Made by a program: the position numbers and the translations under genes | Notes under the pieces: generated by a model | Told to the model about the DNA's origin: nothing | The model's database searches: none | Seen by the model: only the letters and a program-made list of their open reading frames with translations | Part shown: one piece after another, positions 28,311 to 39,119 of the stretch | Numbering within the stretch: the stretch's first letter is position 1 | Layout of the letters: the number at the start of each line of letters is the position of its first letter | Source of the DNA: a virus | Taxonomy: Duplodnaviria > Caudoviricetes | Virus record (IMG/VR): IMGVR_UViG_3300021958_000028 | Location: 61,108 to 125,107 of that record | Length of the DNA: 64,000 nucleotides | Reading direction: 5' to 3' (one strand)

Positions 28311-28580
28311 ATGAAATATAAAATTGAAACCAAGTTTGTTTGGCTCAATGATACTTCTAACTTAGTGTTGATGTATTTCATTCAAGGTATACCATTTACT
28401 TTTGATGATGCTGAAGAAGAATATTACTATAACTACGATGTCATTGATGCTGCAAATAATTCTCCAACATATACCTTAGATGGTTTGTATAAGGCTTCAT
28501 CATATTTGTTGGCAGAAGAATGTCACCCCATGTTATATGACCTAGAATTAGAAAATCCCGAACTTTTACCTATAGAGTAA
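28311..28580 (+). CDS. Conserved cyanophage hypothetical protein
   Basis: MYFI.GIPFTFD, YL..EECHP; AATAAATA at 28283. Confidence 0.7.
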   Translation: MKYKIETKFVWLNDTSNLVLMYFIQGIPFTFDDAEEEYYYNYDVIDAANNSPTYTLDGLYKASSYLLAEECHPMLYDLELENPELLPIE

Positions 28581-28581
28581 C

Positions 28582-28761
28582 ATGCAAATAAATCTGTGGT
28601 ATTGTGATAAAATGGAACAGTGGAGATGGACTCTTTGTGGTAATGATAATGATGAGACTCTTTGGCAAGAGTCGGGTCAAAGAGAAGATTTGAGAATAGC
28701 AATGAATGATGTGGCAACAACAGTAGAGTATTTACTTGAAGAGAAAAGTGTGGTAAGATAA
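28582..28761 (+). CDS. Small hypothetical protein (59 aa)
   Basis: MQINLWYCDKMEQWRWTL...AMNDVATTVEY; below the track cutoff. Confidence 0.65.
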   Translation: MQINLWYCDKMEQWRWTLCGNDNDETLWQESGQREDLRIAMNDVATTVEYLLEEKSVVR

Positions 28762-28802
28762 TAGAGCCGTGTGAAGGAAGGCGCCACTCTGTGGTAATGT
28801 AT

Positions 28803-28826
28803 CCACCCTTTTTGGGTGGTTTTTTT
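28803..28826 (+). terminator. Rho-independent terminator
   Basis: CCACCC-ttttt-GGGTGG followed by T7. Confidence 0.8.
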
Positions 28827-28866
28827 ATGGATAAATAACTCATAATGAAGACGGCCTGTAGGTAAA

Positions 28867-31800
28867 ATGCCCTTATCACGTTTAGACAATTTTCTGAAGA
28901 ACGTTCGTGGAAATATTCTTTATGTTGATCCTAACAGTCTAGATGCTACTGATAGTATCACTAATCAGGGCAATTCACTTGCAAGACCCTTTAAAAGTAT
29001 TCAGAGAGCTTTAGTAGAATCCTCTAGATTTTCTTATCAGAGAGGTTTGGATAATGATAGATTTGAAAAGACAACTATCATGTTGGCTCCTGGTGAGCAC
29101 TTTGTTGATAATAGACCTGGATGGATTCCAGTCAATACCAATAGTTACAAACTAAGAAATGGTACGACTAGTAATGATTTTTCACAGTTTGATGTATATA
29201 CTAACTTTGATGTAAAGTCTTCCACTAATCAACTCTATAAACTGAATAGTATTCATGGTGGTGTTATCATTCCCAGAGGTACTTCTATTGTCGGACAAGA
29301 TCTTCGTAAATGTAAGATTCGTCCTCTGTATGTTCCAAACCCAGAGAATGATGATATTGAAAGATCTGCTATTTTTAGAGTAACGGGGGGTTGTTACTTA
29401 CAAAGTTTCACTGTATTTGACGGTAGTCCAAATGGTAATGTTTACAGGGACTATACTGAGAACACGGCTGTTCCTAATTTCTCACACCATAAACTAACCA
29501 CATTTGAATATGCAGATGGTGCTAATAACGTAAGCATTAACGATCAATTTATCAGTAACTATACCACTAATAGAACTGATCTTGACATGTATTATGAGAA
29601 GGTTGGTAAGGCCTACGGACCTTCTTCCGGTCGTGCAATCAGTCCTGACTATCCTTCATCTGGTGTAGACATTGAACCAAAGATTGATGAATTTCGTATT
29701 GTTGGACCAACTGGTGGTACTACAGGTATTAGTAGTATAAGATCGGGTAATGGTTCAGTTGTAGATACAACAATTACTGTCAATCTGAGTGATGGTATTA
29801 GTGGATTAAATGTTGACACATATTTCCAGGTCAATGGTGTAACTGACGATGCATATAATGGCACATTCGTTGCAACCGAAATTCTTTCTCAAGATAGTGA
29901 TGGAAAAACCACATCTTTTACATACGAGTCTTCAACACTTCCATCAAATGCTCTTCCATCAGTAACTGGTGTTTCTATAGAACTTTCGACGGATACAGTT
30001 TCTGGTGCTTCACCATATATCTTTAATGTGTCAATGAGATCTGTTTATGGTATGTGCGGTATGCATGCCGATGGCTCTAAGGCAGCTGGCTTTAAGTCAA
30101 TGGTTGTTGCGCAATTCACAGGTGTCAGTGTTCAGGTTGATGACAATGCATTTGTAAAATATAATTCAGTTACTGGTTCTTATGACGATTCGACAACAGT
30201 AACAAATATTCATTCTGATACTGAGGCACAATATAAACCAAGTTATTCTAACTTCCATATCAAGGCATCCAACAACTCTATCATTCAGTTGGTGTCTATC
30301 TTTGCAATTGGTTTCTCAAATCATTTTGTAACAGAATCTGGTGGTGACTTCTCCGTCACCAACTCTAACAGTAACTTTGGACAAACTTCTTTAACGTCCA
30401 AAGGATATAGAGAAGATGCATTTGATGTAGATGATATTGGTTACATCAGTAATACTGTTCCCCCAAGAAAAATTGACACTACAACTGTTAATCTTGAATA
30501 TACTTCAATTGATGTTTCTAGAACTGTTGGAGTAGGGTCTACAAGTAGACTTTACTTATATAATCAAAACAATCCAGACATTAGACCCGAATCCAGAATC
30601 CAGGGATATAGAGTTGGTTCCAAGAGTGATGATAGACTTTATGTTCTAATTCCTGATGGTGTAACTACTGAGGCATACAATGCAAGAATTGTGATGCCGG
30701 AGACTCATATTGGTTCAAGTAATGTAACCAGTGTGAAGGTCTCAAGAGTCGGTAGATCTGTAGGAACAGGTAATAGCATTGCAAGTAATATACTTACATT
30801 TACCGAAGATCATAGTTTTCAGAATGGTGAATCTATTAGAGTTGTGAGTGATAATTCAAGACTTCCTGATGGTCTTGAAAATAGTTATGTTTACTATGCG
30901 ATCACAAATGGTCTGAATGATGATCAAATTAAGATTGCACAAACTACAAAAGATGCTGAGTTTGGAACAGAGTTAGTTCTCAACAATCTTGGTGGTAATC
31001 TGAGTGTTCAGAGTAGAGTTAGTGATAAGAATTCTGGTGATATTGGACATCCAATTCAGTTTGACTCTGATGTAAACCAATGGTATATAACTGTTGGAAC
31101 TGCAACATCCGATAACACACTGTATTCTAAACTGGTAAGTCTTGGAACTACCACTCTTGGTGATTCAACTTCTAGAACATACATTACAAGAACACCTGAT
31201 ACCAGATCATCTGACGATAGGATTTATCAGTATAGATACATACTTCCTGCTTCTTCAGGTATTGGAACTGCTAGAGTTCCTAAAGATAGTTTCATTGTTC
31301 AAGAATCCAATCGTGTCAATGGACAAACAGATATTGAAGTAGGACTTCAATACAATCCAGGATCTGTTACTATGAGTAACAGTGGACAACTCCGAAATCC
31401 ATCTTACATCACTAATGCAAAGTATAGTGGTGGAATTGCATTCTATGAGACAGAAAGAAATCATCGTCTCTCTATTGGTTCCACTGTTGAAGTCAATAAT
31501 GTAACCAGTACAAACTTTACTGTTGGTACAGCACAATCTGGTTATAATGGCAAATTTAGAGTTGTTGGTATTCAAAGTGCCAGATCATTCTCTGTAGAAG
31601 GTGTTTCTACTGATCCTGGAACCTTTACTAATAATGTTTCTAACAGAACTACAAGTCTTCCTACTTTCAAACGTAAGAACTTTAATAATGATTATTTTGT
31701 TTATGATGTTCAACAGGTTAAGGAGTATGTTCCTGGTCAACAGGATGGTGTTTATTATCTGAATATTCTTAATACTTCAAACATACCTCAAGTATTACCA

Positions 31801-34800
31801 TTTAATGATTCTCAGGATCATAGTTTCAGACAACCTATTATCAATCTTTACCCACAAGTTGATAGAGATAATCCAATATCAGATCCAAGTCCCTCTATAA
31901 CTTATGCACTTCCTGATAAGATTGGTAAGACCGTTATCAGTGAACCAAAAAATAGTACTACCAAAGAAACACTTGACAAGATTAATAATGAAAACAATTT
32001 GGGTGTTGGTATCACTGATATCCAATCTGCAGCGGATGGTTCAAACATTGTTATCTTTACTGACCGTGACCATGGACTACAACAAATTACTAGAGTAAGT
32101 ATTAATAGTAGTGGTTCTGGATATGGTAATGGTAGTGGTGGAACAGAAAACCTCTATAATGCAATTCTGTCTGGTTCAAGTTCCGGTACTGGTGGTTTAG
32201 CAAGAATTACCGTTAATGCATCTGGTAGTATTACTGATGTTCATATTATGAATGGTGGTAGTGGTTATGTTCTATCAGAAACATTGAATGTTGTCGGAAC
32301 TTCTCAAACCACAGGTTATAGTCAAGGTTCGGTTACTGTTGATAAGGTTTATAATAATCTCAACGACACTATTCAAATTTCTGGTGTCGTATCCGATGAT
32401 CATGTACAATATAATCAACTCTATAGAATTTCTGAAATCATCAGTAATAACTCTATTAGAGCAATCCCTGTCGATACTATTACCTCTGGTATCAATACCA
32501 CTGGTATTGGTTCTGTTACAACTACAGATGCACTATTCAGTCTTACAGGTCCAACTCTTGGTATCAGTACATTTGTTTATGATAATGTTAGTGGTCTGGC
32601 AACAGTCACCACAAACCAGGGTCATGGTCTGAGAGTTAATAACACTGTTAGAATTGGTGGAGCTACGACAGATTTCTTTAATAAAGATTTCCTTGTTACT
32701 GATAACGTAGGTATCAATACATTTACAATCAACGTGGGTGTCAATACAGTTAATCCAGGAACCGGTGGAACTATTCGTGCATACTATCCTGGTAACACTG
32801 CTCAAGGTGGAGCACTTCTATCAGGTTCTGATGAAAACTTTGGTGGAAGAGATATCACCCCTTATATTGGTATCACTACTGTTATTTCTTCTCCCATCAC
32901 TAATGCAACAACAGATGAAATTAATATCAGAAATCTTACCGATTTTAACCTTCAGATAGGTGATTATCTGAAGATTGATGATGAAATTGTAAGAATTAAG
33001 ACAACCGTAACCTCTAATCCTGTTAAGGTATTCAGAGGTATGATGGGTACAAGACCCACCAGTCACCTAGATGAGAGTGTGGTCAAGAAGGTTTCTGTCT
33101 CACCTGTTGAATTTAGAAGAAACTCAATTATCCGTGCTTCTGGTCATACATTTGAGTATCTCGGTTATGGTCCTGGTAACTATTCTACTTCACTACCTGT
33201 CAAACAGAAGAAACAACTTTCTGTTGATGAACAATTGACCGCACAGTCACAAACTACCTCTGGTGGTGTTGTTGTTTACACTGGTATGAACGATGCTGGT
33301 GACTTCTTTATTGGTAACAAGAGAATTTCCTCCAATACTGGTAAAGAAATTGTTTATGACACTCCGATTCAAACCTATACTGGTGAAGACTTTGTTAATG
33401 GTGAGAATGCATCATTTGGTATTGATGTTCTTGAGACACAAGAGGTCATTGCTTCTAGAGCACTGAGAGTTAATGGTGGTCCTTCAAATAATATTCTTTC
33501 AGAATTTGATGGTCCAGTTGTATTCAATCAAAAACTGACATCTACCTCAGACAAAGGTATTGAGGCAAACTCATTATTCCTTCAAGGTGATACAACTGTT
33601 TCTAGAAACTATACTGTTGGTATTGCAACTCCTACAGACTCAGGAAACCCTGGTGATGTGGTCTACAATGCAAACCCAACTAAGGGTGGAACAATTGGTT
33701 GGACTTATACTGTAGAAAATGGTTGGTATGCCTTCGGTGGTGTTACCTCTGATGGTGACGAGTTTATCTTTGAAAAAGTTGGTATTGGGACTACAACTGT
33801 GGGAGATTGTACTCTGAAAGTTGGTTCTGGTTCTTCAATGTTCTGTGTTGATGAGAACGGTGTTGGTATTGGTACTACTTCTAGTGGTTATAACTTAAGT
33901 GTTGAGGGTAATGTCAATGCAAACTTCTATTATGGGGATGGTTCAAACCTTTCAAACCTATCATCCGATAGTCTTTGGAGTAATACTGGTACTGCAGGAA
34001 CTTCAATATGGTATGATAAGAATGTTGGTATTGGTACAACAGTAGTTAATACTGAATATACATTATTACTTGGTACTCCTGGTACAGGAAAAACTGATTT
34101 ATATGTCAGTAATCAGTCTAGATTTATCTCCACTGCCACATTTGATGGTGATGTTAATTTTGATGGACAAGTAAACATACAAAATCTGGTGTCTAATGGT
34201 GGTAATGTTCTTGCAGGATTCATTACAGCGACAAACGCACTGAGAGTCGGAGCAAGTAATACTACATTCTCTGCTGTAACTAGTCAGGGTGTTGGTATTG
34301 GAACCGCAACTCCTAGAGAAAATCTGGATGTTGAAGGTAGAGCAAGATTTAAGTCATATTATGAGATAACTCAACAACTTGTCTCTGTAAGTAACATTGT
34401 TACTATTGACTTGTCTCGTGGCAATTCCTTCACACATACTACCACAGAAGATGTTGGTTCATTTCAAATTATCAATCCTCCAGCGGGTGGTACATTTGCA
34501 TTCACACTGAAAATCTCACAAGGTTCTACACCTACGTCAGTTGGTATTTCTACATTTACTAATAGTGTTGGTGGTTCCGTTGCTGTCTATTGGCCTGGTG
34601 GATTGATACCTGAAGTTACTGGAGTTGGAACTGCTACAGATGTTTATTCCTACATGAGTTTTGATGGAGGTGCTTCACTGTTTGGTGGAGTTATTGGTCA
34701 GAACTTCATTACTGGTGTTGGTGGAACTGCTCCATATAGTGGTTGGACATATGATTCCACCTCTAGGACAGTCACCATCTATGACAATCTCACTACAATT

Positions 34801-34824
34801 GGTGACATTAACTCTGGTACCTAA
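28867..34824 (+). CDS. Large virion structural/tail fibre-like protein (1985 aa)
   Basis: MPLSRLDNFLKN...PFKSIQRAL.E, pectin-lyase-like N-terminus, VGIGTT repeats near the C-terminus; GATAAATA upstream. Confidence 0.8.
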   Translation: MPLSRLDNFLKNVRGNILYVDPNSLDATDSITNQGNSLARPFKSIQRALVESSRFSYQRGLDNDRFEKTTIMLAPGEHFVDNRPGWIPVNTNSYKLRNGTTSNDFSQFDVYTNFDVKSSTNQLYKLNSIHGGVIIPRGTSIVGQDLRKCKIRPLYVPNPENDDIERSAIFRVTGGCYLQSFTVFDGSPNGNVYRDYTENTAVPNFSHHKLTTFEYADGANNVSINDQFISNYTTNRTDLDMYYEKVGKAYGPSSGRAISPDYPSSGVDIEPKIDEFRIVGPTGGTTGISSIRSGNGSVVDTTITVNLSDGISGLNVDTYFQVNGVTDDAYNGTFVATEILSQDSDGKTTSFTYESSTLPSNALPSVTGVSIELSTDTVSGASPYIFNVSMRSVYGMCGMHADGSKAAGFKSMVVAQFTGVSVQVDDNAFVKYNSVTGSYDDSTTVTNIHSDTEAQYKPSYSNFHIKASNNSIIQLVSIFAIGFSNHFVTESGGDFSVTNSNSNFGQTSLTSKGYREDAFDVDDIGYISNTVPPRKIDTTTVNLEYTSIDVSRTVGVGSTSRLYLYNQNNPDIRPESRIQGYRVGSKSDDRLYVLIPDGVTTEAYNARIVMPETHIGSSNVTSVKVSRVGRSVGTGNSIASNILTFTEDHSFQNGESIRVVSDNSRLPDGLENSYVYYAITNGLNDDQIKIAQTTKDAEFGTELVLNNLGGNLSVQSRVSDKNSGDIGHPIQFDSDVNQWYITVGTATSDNTLYSKLVSLGTTTLGDSTSRTYITRTPDTRSSDDRIYQYRYILPASSGIGTARVPKDSFIVQESNRVNGQTDIEVGLQYNPGSVTMSNSGQLRNPSYITNAKYSGGIAFYETERNHRLSIGSTVEVNNVTSTNFTVGTAQSGYNGKFRVVGIQSARSFSVEGVSTDPGTFTNNVSNRTTSLPTFKRKNFNNDYFVYDVQQVKEYVPGQQDGVYYLNILNTSNIPQVLPFNDSQDHSFRQPIINLYPQVDRDNPISDPSPSITYALPDKIGKTVISEPKNSTTKETLDKINNENNLGVGITDIQSAADGSNIVIFTDRDHGLQQITRVSINSSGSGYGNGSGGTENLYNAILSGSSSGTGGLARITVNASGSITDVHIMNGGSGYVLSETLNVVGTSQTTGYSQGSVTVDKVYNNLNDTIQISGVVSDDHVQYNQLYRISEIISNNSIRAIPVDTITSGINTTGIGSVTTTDALFSLTGPTLGISTFVYDNVSGLATVTTNQGHGLRVNNTVRIGGATTDFFNKDFLVTDNVGINTFTINVGVNTVNPGTGGTIRAYYPGNTAQGGALLSGSDENFGGRDITPYIGITTVISSPITNATTDEINIRNLTDFNLQIGDYLKIDDEIVRIKTTVTSNPVKVFRGMMGTRPTSHLDESVVKKVSVSPVEFRRNSIIRASGHTFEYLGYGPGNYSTSLPVKQKKQLSVDEQLTAQSQTTSGGVVVYTGMNDAGDFFIGNKRISSNTGKEIVYDTPIQTYTGEDFVNGENASFGIDVLETQEVIASRALRVNGGPSNNILSEFDGPVVFNQKLTSTSDKGIEANSLFLQGDTTVSRNYTVGIATPTDSGNPGDVVYNANPTKGGTIGWTYTVENGWYAFGGVTSDGDEFIFEKVGIGTTTVGDCTLKVGSGSSMFCVDENGVGIGTTSSGYNLSVEGNVNANFYYGDGSNLSNLSSDSLWSNTGTAGTSIWYDKNVGIGTTVVNTEYTLLLGTPGTGKTDLYVSNQSRFISTATFDGDVNFDGQVNIQNLVSNGGNVLAGFITATNALRVGASNTTFSAVTSQGVGIGTATPRENLDVEGRARFKSYYEITQQLVSVSNIVTIDLSRGNSFTHTTTEDVGSFQIINPPAGGTFAFTLKISQGSTPTSVGISTFTNSVGGSVAVYWPGGLIPEVTGVGTATDVYSYMSFDGGASLFGGVIGQNFITGVGGTAPYSGWTYDSTSRTVTIYDNLTTIGDINSGT

Positions 34825-34850
34825 ATATCAATGTAGGGAAGTAGAAACTA

Positions 34851-36443
34851 ATGATACCATTCGGTCTTAGGGCATTTAGAACACCACCTACAGAGTTGTA
34901 TTTGAATGGTCCTGAGTTAGAAATACTAACTCAACCACAAAATACAATATCCGTTGTGGGTGGTACGTCTACTTTTACATCATCTGTTAGAGCTTTTTTT
35001 AAAAGTAGTCATGAAAGTGCGGTACCTGACGGTGTAATTTTGTATCAATGGTTTGATCAAAATGGTCCATTGAGTGATGGAACCAAAATTAGTGGTTCTC
35101 AATCAAATACACTTACCATAAGTAATGTACAATCTCCAAATGATAGTAGATCTCTTTACTTAAGAGGAACTTATATCCCTGGTGGATATGATAATAAGAA
35201 AGAAGATTACTACTTAGAACTTAAAACTTCAGGTAGCGCACACAATAGTCCGATATTTACAAATAATGTCTCACTGAATATTATACCTACAATTACAATT
35301 ACAACTCAACCTGACTCACAAACTGCGGGTTTGGGTCAGGATTTAACTTTCACAGCAGCTGCTTCTACTTCAGACCCATCAATACCTCTTAATTACTATT
35401 GGACTATTGACGGTACAATTCAACCTAGTTCAAATTCAACTTCTTTCACATTTACAACAACAACTATTGGAACACAGAAAATTCAGTTTCATACATTTGT
35501 AACTATTGATGGCACCCAATATGTTACTTCATCAAATGAAGCAGACATTATTACAGTAACACCCAGAAGTATTGTTAAGTTTGAAGCTTTTGATACCATT
35601 AATAATCTGATGGTATCACAAGAAGTAAATCTTGATGATGGTGTTTTCGAATTGACAGATTCTATCTTTTTGAGTAGTTACAGTGTTGTGACTTTCTATG
35701 CAAAAGAGAAGAATCTTACTCTAAACTTGAATATTAAGGCGTCTAAAGGATCTGATAGTTCAGGTAGTTCTGGTGGTCAGGGAGGAACATCTGTAATTGA
35801 AATTGATATGTTAAAAGATGTAGAACATACACTATTAGGTGTAACCAATAATTCATCAGTATTCCTTTATAAAGGGTCTCAATTATATGTGGTTGTTGGA
35901 CAAGGTGGTCAAGGTGGATTGACAAATGGCGGTGCTGGTGGTGGAATTGGACTTGCAGGAATAGATGGTATAGGAAGTAATGGTGGAACTGGAGGTCAGG
36001 TACCTACTGTCTCATTGAATGGTATATTTGGTTCAGTTCTTTCAAGTACAACACTACAGTCTGGTGACAGTTTAGCAACAACACCTGATGGTGGTAGAAC
36101 TATTTCATGTAGTAAAGGTCAGTATTGGTTAAGTCAAGGTGTTTCTCCATGTTCTGATAACTCTAATAATTCTATTAAGTTTAGATCTACTGATGGAACA
36201 GAAATTTCTGGTAGTGATGAGATAATTAGAGGATTCAAACCAGGATATACTATAACAACAACTGCTGGTGCAAAAGGTTCAATTAACGGTGGTAATGGTG
36301 GTAATGGTGCTGAAGGTGGTCAAGGTGGAACCACTGGAGGTGGTGGAGGAGGAAGTGGATATACTAATGGTTCAGTTACTCTTATTTCTTCAACTTCTGG
36401 TGGAAATAATACTAATAAGTCGTCTGTGTTGTTCTCTTTATAA
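34851..36443 (+). CDS. Ig-like domain, glycine-rich virion protein
   Basis: Two TQP...Y.W Ig-like repeats plus Gly-rich C-terminal domain. Confidence 0.7.
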   Translation: MIPFGLRAFRTPPTELYLNGPELEILTQPQNTISVVGGTSTFTSSVRAFFKSSHESAVPDGVILYQWFDQNGPLSDGTKISGSQSNTLTISNVQSPNDSRSLYLRGTYIPGGYDNKKEDYYLELKTSGSAHNSPIFTNNVSLNIIPTITITTQPDSQTAGLGQDLTFTAAASTSDPSIPLNYYWTIDGTIQPSSNSTSFTFTTTTIGTQKIQFHTFVTIDGTQYVTSSNEADIITVTPRSIVKFEAFDTINNLMVSQEVNLDDGVFELTDSIFLSSYSVVTFYAKEKNLTLNLNIKASKGSDSSGSSGGQGGTSVIEIDMLKDVEHTLLGVTNNSSVFLYKGSQLYVVVGQGGQGGLTNGGAGGGIGLAGIDGIGSNGGTGGQVPTVSLNGIFGSVLSSTTLQSGDSLATTPDGGRTISCSKGQYWLSQGVSPCSDNSNNSIKFRSTDGTEISGSDEIIRGFKPGYTITTTAGAKGSINGGNGGNGAEGGQGGTTGGGGGGSGYTNGSVTLISSTSGGNNTNKSSVLFSL

Positions 36444-36446
36444 ATA
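36439..36446 (+). promoter_or_regulatory. T4 late promoter
   Basis: Exact TATAAATA upstream of 36487. Confidence 0.8.
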
Positions 36447-36486
36447 TAAGAAAATGTGGGGTGGATAGTGAAACCCTAGGAGAACC

Positions 36487-38778
36487 ATGGCTGTAAACAA
36501 GAATTTTGTAGTCAAGAATGGTATAGAGGTCGCAACAGATCTTATTTTTGCCGAAGCTGTATTAAATAAAGTTGGTATTGGTACCACTATTCCTAATGCT
36601 GAACTTGATGTTATTGGAGAATTAAGATCAGAAAATTTAAATATAACTGGAATTTCTACTTTAGTTAGTGTTTCGTTAAATGACTTACAAAGTAATGAAA
36701 TTTCTGTTGGTGGAAGTATTACCGCAGTCAATTATTATGGTGATGGTTCAACTTTAAGTGGTATCACTACTACACTAACTCCTGCAGGAAAAACAATATA
36801 TGTTACTAAAAATGGTGATAACACTAATGATGGTTTAAGGGAAGCATCTGCGAAATCATCAATCGAGGCAGCACTTACTCAAGCAGTTTCGGGAGATACT
36901 ATCAAAGTATTACCAGGTGTTTATATTGAAACTAACCCACTTGTTGTACCAGAAGATGTTTCTATAGAAGGTGCAGAATTACGAAATTGTATCATAAGTC
37001 CAGCAGATCCAAATTTAGATTTATTTTGGGTCACTAATGGTGCTCACATTACCGATTTATCATTTCAGGGCCAAGCAGCATCTGCATCACCATTCCCTGC
37101 AATAATTTCATTTAAACCACTCATTAATGCGAATTCTGATAGATATTTTGATGCTGCAAGATTGATTCGATATAATTTAGATTTTATAGCATCGGAAGCG
37201 GTTGGGTATATCACAAGTACAGATTATAAAAGTCCAGCACTTACTTTAACACCTGGTGATTATATATCATATAAAAGTAGTATTAGAGATAGTATGAGGG
37301 CAACTGCCCATGATATCACTAGAGGTGGAAATTCAAAATGTGTTGGTGCAGGTGTATCTTATGTTGGTGTAGCAACAGACACTGCGGCTGCCATTTATTA
37401 CGCAGCAGGTATTGCAGTTTCTTGTGTTAATAATGTTTCTTGGAATGGAAATTATCAGTCAGAATTTTATCAATTAAAGGATTTAAGTATTCAAGCAGAT
37501 TCTGCAACAGGATCGAATACAAATATTCATTCATGTGCAAATGTGGTTTCAGCAGTTTATACATGTAGTAGTATTGTTAGAGACATTATTTTAAATGGAT
37601 CTACTTCTGGAATTACAACCACATATCCAGGCGGGGGTACAGATCCCAACGCCATCCCATCTCAAGGTGTAGGTGTAGTTACAAAAGGTCCATATATTCG
37701 TAACTGTACAAACTTTATTCCAAATACAGTTGGTATGAGAGTTGATGGATTCCATGCAGATCCTGGTAATGAGGAGGATATTGGTGTCCAAGGAGCAATG
37801 AGTGTTGATTCATATACTCAATATAATCAAGGTGGTACTGGTGTAGAAATTAAAAATGGTGCTTATGCGCAATTAGTTTCTATATTTACAATTTGTACAA
37901 ATGAAGCAATTGTGACAGAAGGTGGTGGCCAATGTGATGTATCAAACTCAAATTCCTCATTCGGAACTTTTGGATTAGTATCTAATGGTGTTGGAGGTCC
38001 GACATCAAAATCAATTTACAGATATAGTGGAGAAGTAATTTCATCAGTATCAGAAGGAGATACTACTATTAGTATTAGTGGTATCGGAACAAATAAACCA
38101 TATACTGGACAAGTCGTTTACTTTGATGAACTTTATTATGATGTTAAAAAGGTAACTATTACTAATGGTGGGTCTGGTTATGTAACCGCACCACAAGTAT
38201 CTTTTACTTCTCCAAGTGGTCCTAGTGGTATTGTCGCAGAAGGTATTGCAACAATAGAAAATGGTTCTGTTACGGGAGTTACTATAACTGGTAATGGAAG
38301 AAATTATCTTGAATCTGAAGCTGGAATTGTATTTACTTCTCCAGGAGCGGGAACAACTGCAGCTGGAGTAGTTATTGAAAGACCCTTGTATTATAAAGTT
38401 AGAAGTTCCACAACTCCATCATCAGGTGTTTCTACTGTATCTTTGGCAACTCAATTATTGACAGATGTTGGTATCGGAACAATAGCATATTTTTCAAGAC
38501 AAAGTTTGCAAATTGTTTCATCACATTCTTTTGAATTTATTGGTTCTGGAAATACAATTACTTTAGCAAGACCTTCATTGGGAGGTGTAACTATTACTGA
38601 GAATGAAGTTATTAAAAATAATGGTGGTGAAGCTGTATTTACTAGTACAGATCAAGATGGAAACTTTGCAATTGGTGAAGATGTATTAATCGATCAATCA
38701 ACCGGAACTATTTCTGGCAGAGCCTTCGATAAAAGTCTTCTAAATACAGTAACCCCTCTTATCATCGCATTAGGATAA
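36487..38778 (+). CDS. Tail fibre/structural protein with beta-helix domain
   Basis: MAVNKNFVVKNG, VGIGTT, YVTKNG.NTNDG, PYIRNCT, VDSYTQYNQGG. Confidence 0.75.
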   Translation: MAVNKNFVVKNGIEVATDLIFAEAVLNKVGIGTTIPNAELDVIGELRSENLNITGISTLVSVSLNDLQSNEISVGGSITAVNYYGDGSTLSGITTTLTPAGKTIYVTKNGDNTNDGLREASAKSSIEAALTQAVSGDTIKVLPGVYIETNPLVVPEDVSIEGAELRNCIISPADPNLDLFWVTNGAHITDLSFQGQAASASPFPAIISFKPLINANSDRYFDAARLIRYNLDFIASEAVGYITSTDYKSPALTLTPGDYISYKSSIRDSMRATAHDITRGGNSKCVGAGVSYVGVATDTAAAIYYAAGIAVSCVNNVSWNGNYQSEFYQLKDLSIQADSATGSNTNIHSCANVVSAVYTCSSIVRDIILNGSTSGITTTYPGGGTDPNAIPSQGVGVVTKGPYIRNCTNFIPNTVGMRVDGFHADPGNEEDIGVQGAMSVDSYTQYNQGGTGVEIKNGAYAQLVSIFTICTNEAIVTEGGGQCDVSNSNSSFGTFGLVSNGVGGPTSKSIYRYSGEVISSVSEGDTTISISGIGTNKPYTGQVVYFDELYYDVKKVTITNGGSGYVTAPQVSFTSPSGPSGIVAEGIATIENGSVTGVTITGNGRNYLESEAGIVFTSPGAGTTAAGVVIERPLYYKVRSSTTPSSGVSTVSLATQLLTDVGIGTIAYFSRQSLQIVSSHSFEFIGSGNTITLARPSLGGVTITENEVIKNNGGEAVFTSTDQDGNFAIGEDVLIDQSTGTISGRAFDKSLLNTVTPLIIALG

Positions 38779-38782
38779 TAAA

Positions 38783-39115
38783 ATGGCAGCAATTGCACTC
38801 AATACATATAAAACAGTAAGATCAGATGTCACAACTGGTATAACAACAGTTTATACTGCTCCAGTTGGTGTTGCTAGTATCATTCTTTATTCTCAAGTTG
38901 CGAATGTATCTGCAGGAATTGTGACGTTAACTGCATATCATGGTAGAGGTGGAAATCCTGTGGAACTTTTTAATGATTTTGAAATACCTGCGAACGATTC
39001 TTTAAATCTTGTTGATGGAAGACTGGTTCTAGAAGGTGGAGATACTTTTGAATTAGAAGGATCATCAAATGGTACTATGAGAGCTGTTTTAAGTATTCTA
39101 GAATCTGCAAAATAA
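38783..39115 (+). CDS. Small virion structural protein
   Basis: YTAP.G...I...QVAN, RLVLE.GD, SILES. Confidence 0.65.
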   Translation: MAAIALNTYKTVRSDVTTGITTVYTAPVGVASIILYSQVANVSAGIVTLTAYHGRGGNPVELFNDFEIPANDSLNLVDGRLVLEGGDTFELEGSSNGTMRAVLSILESAK

Positions 39116-39119
39116 TCAA

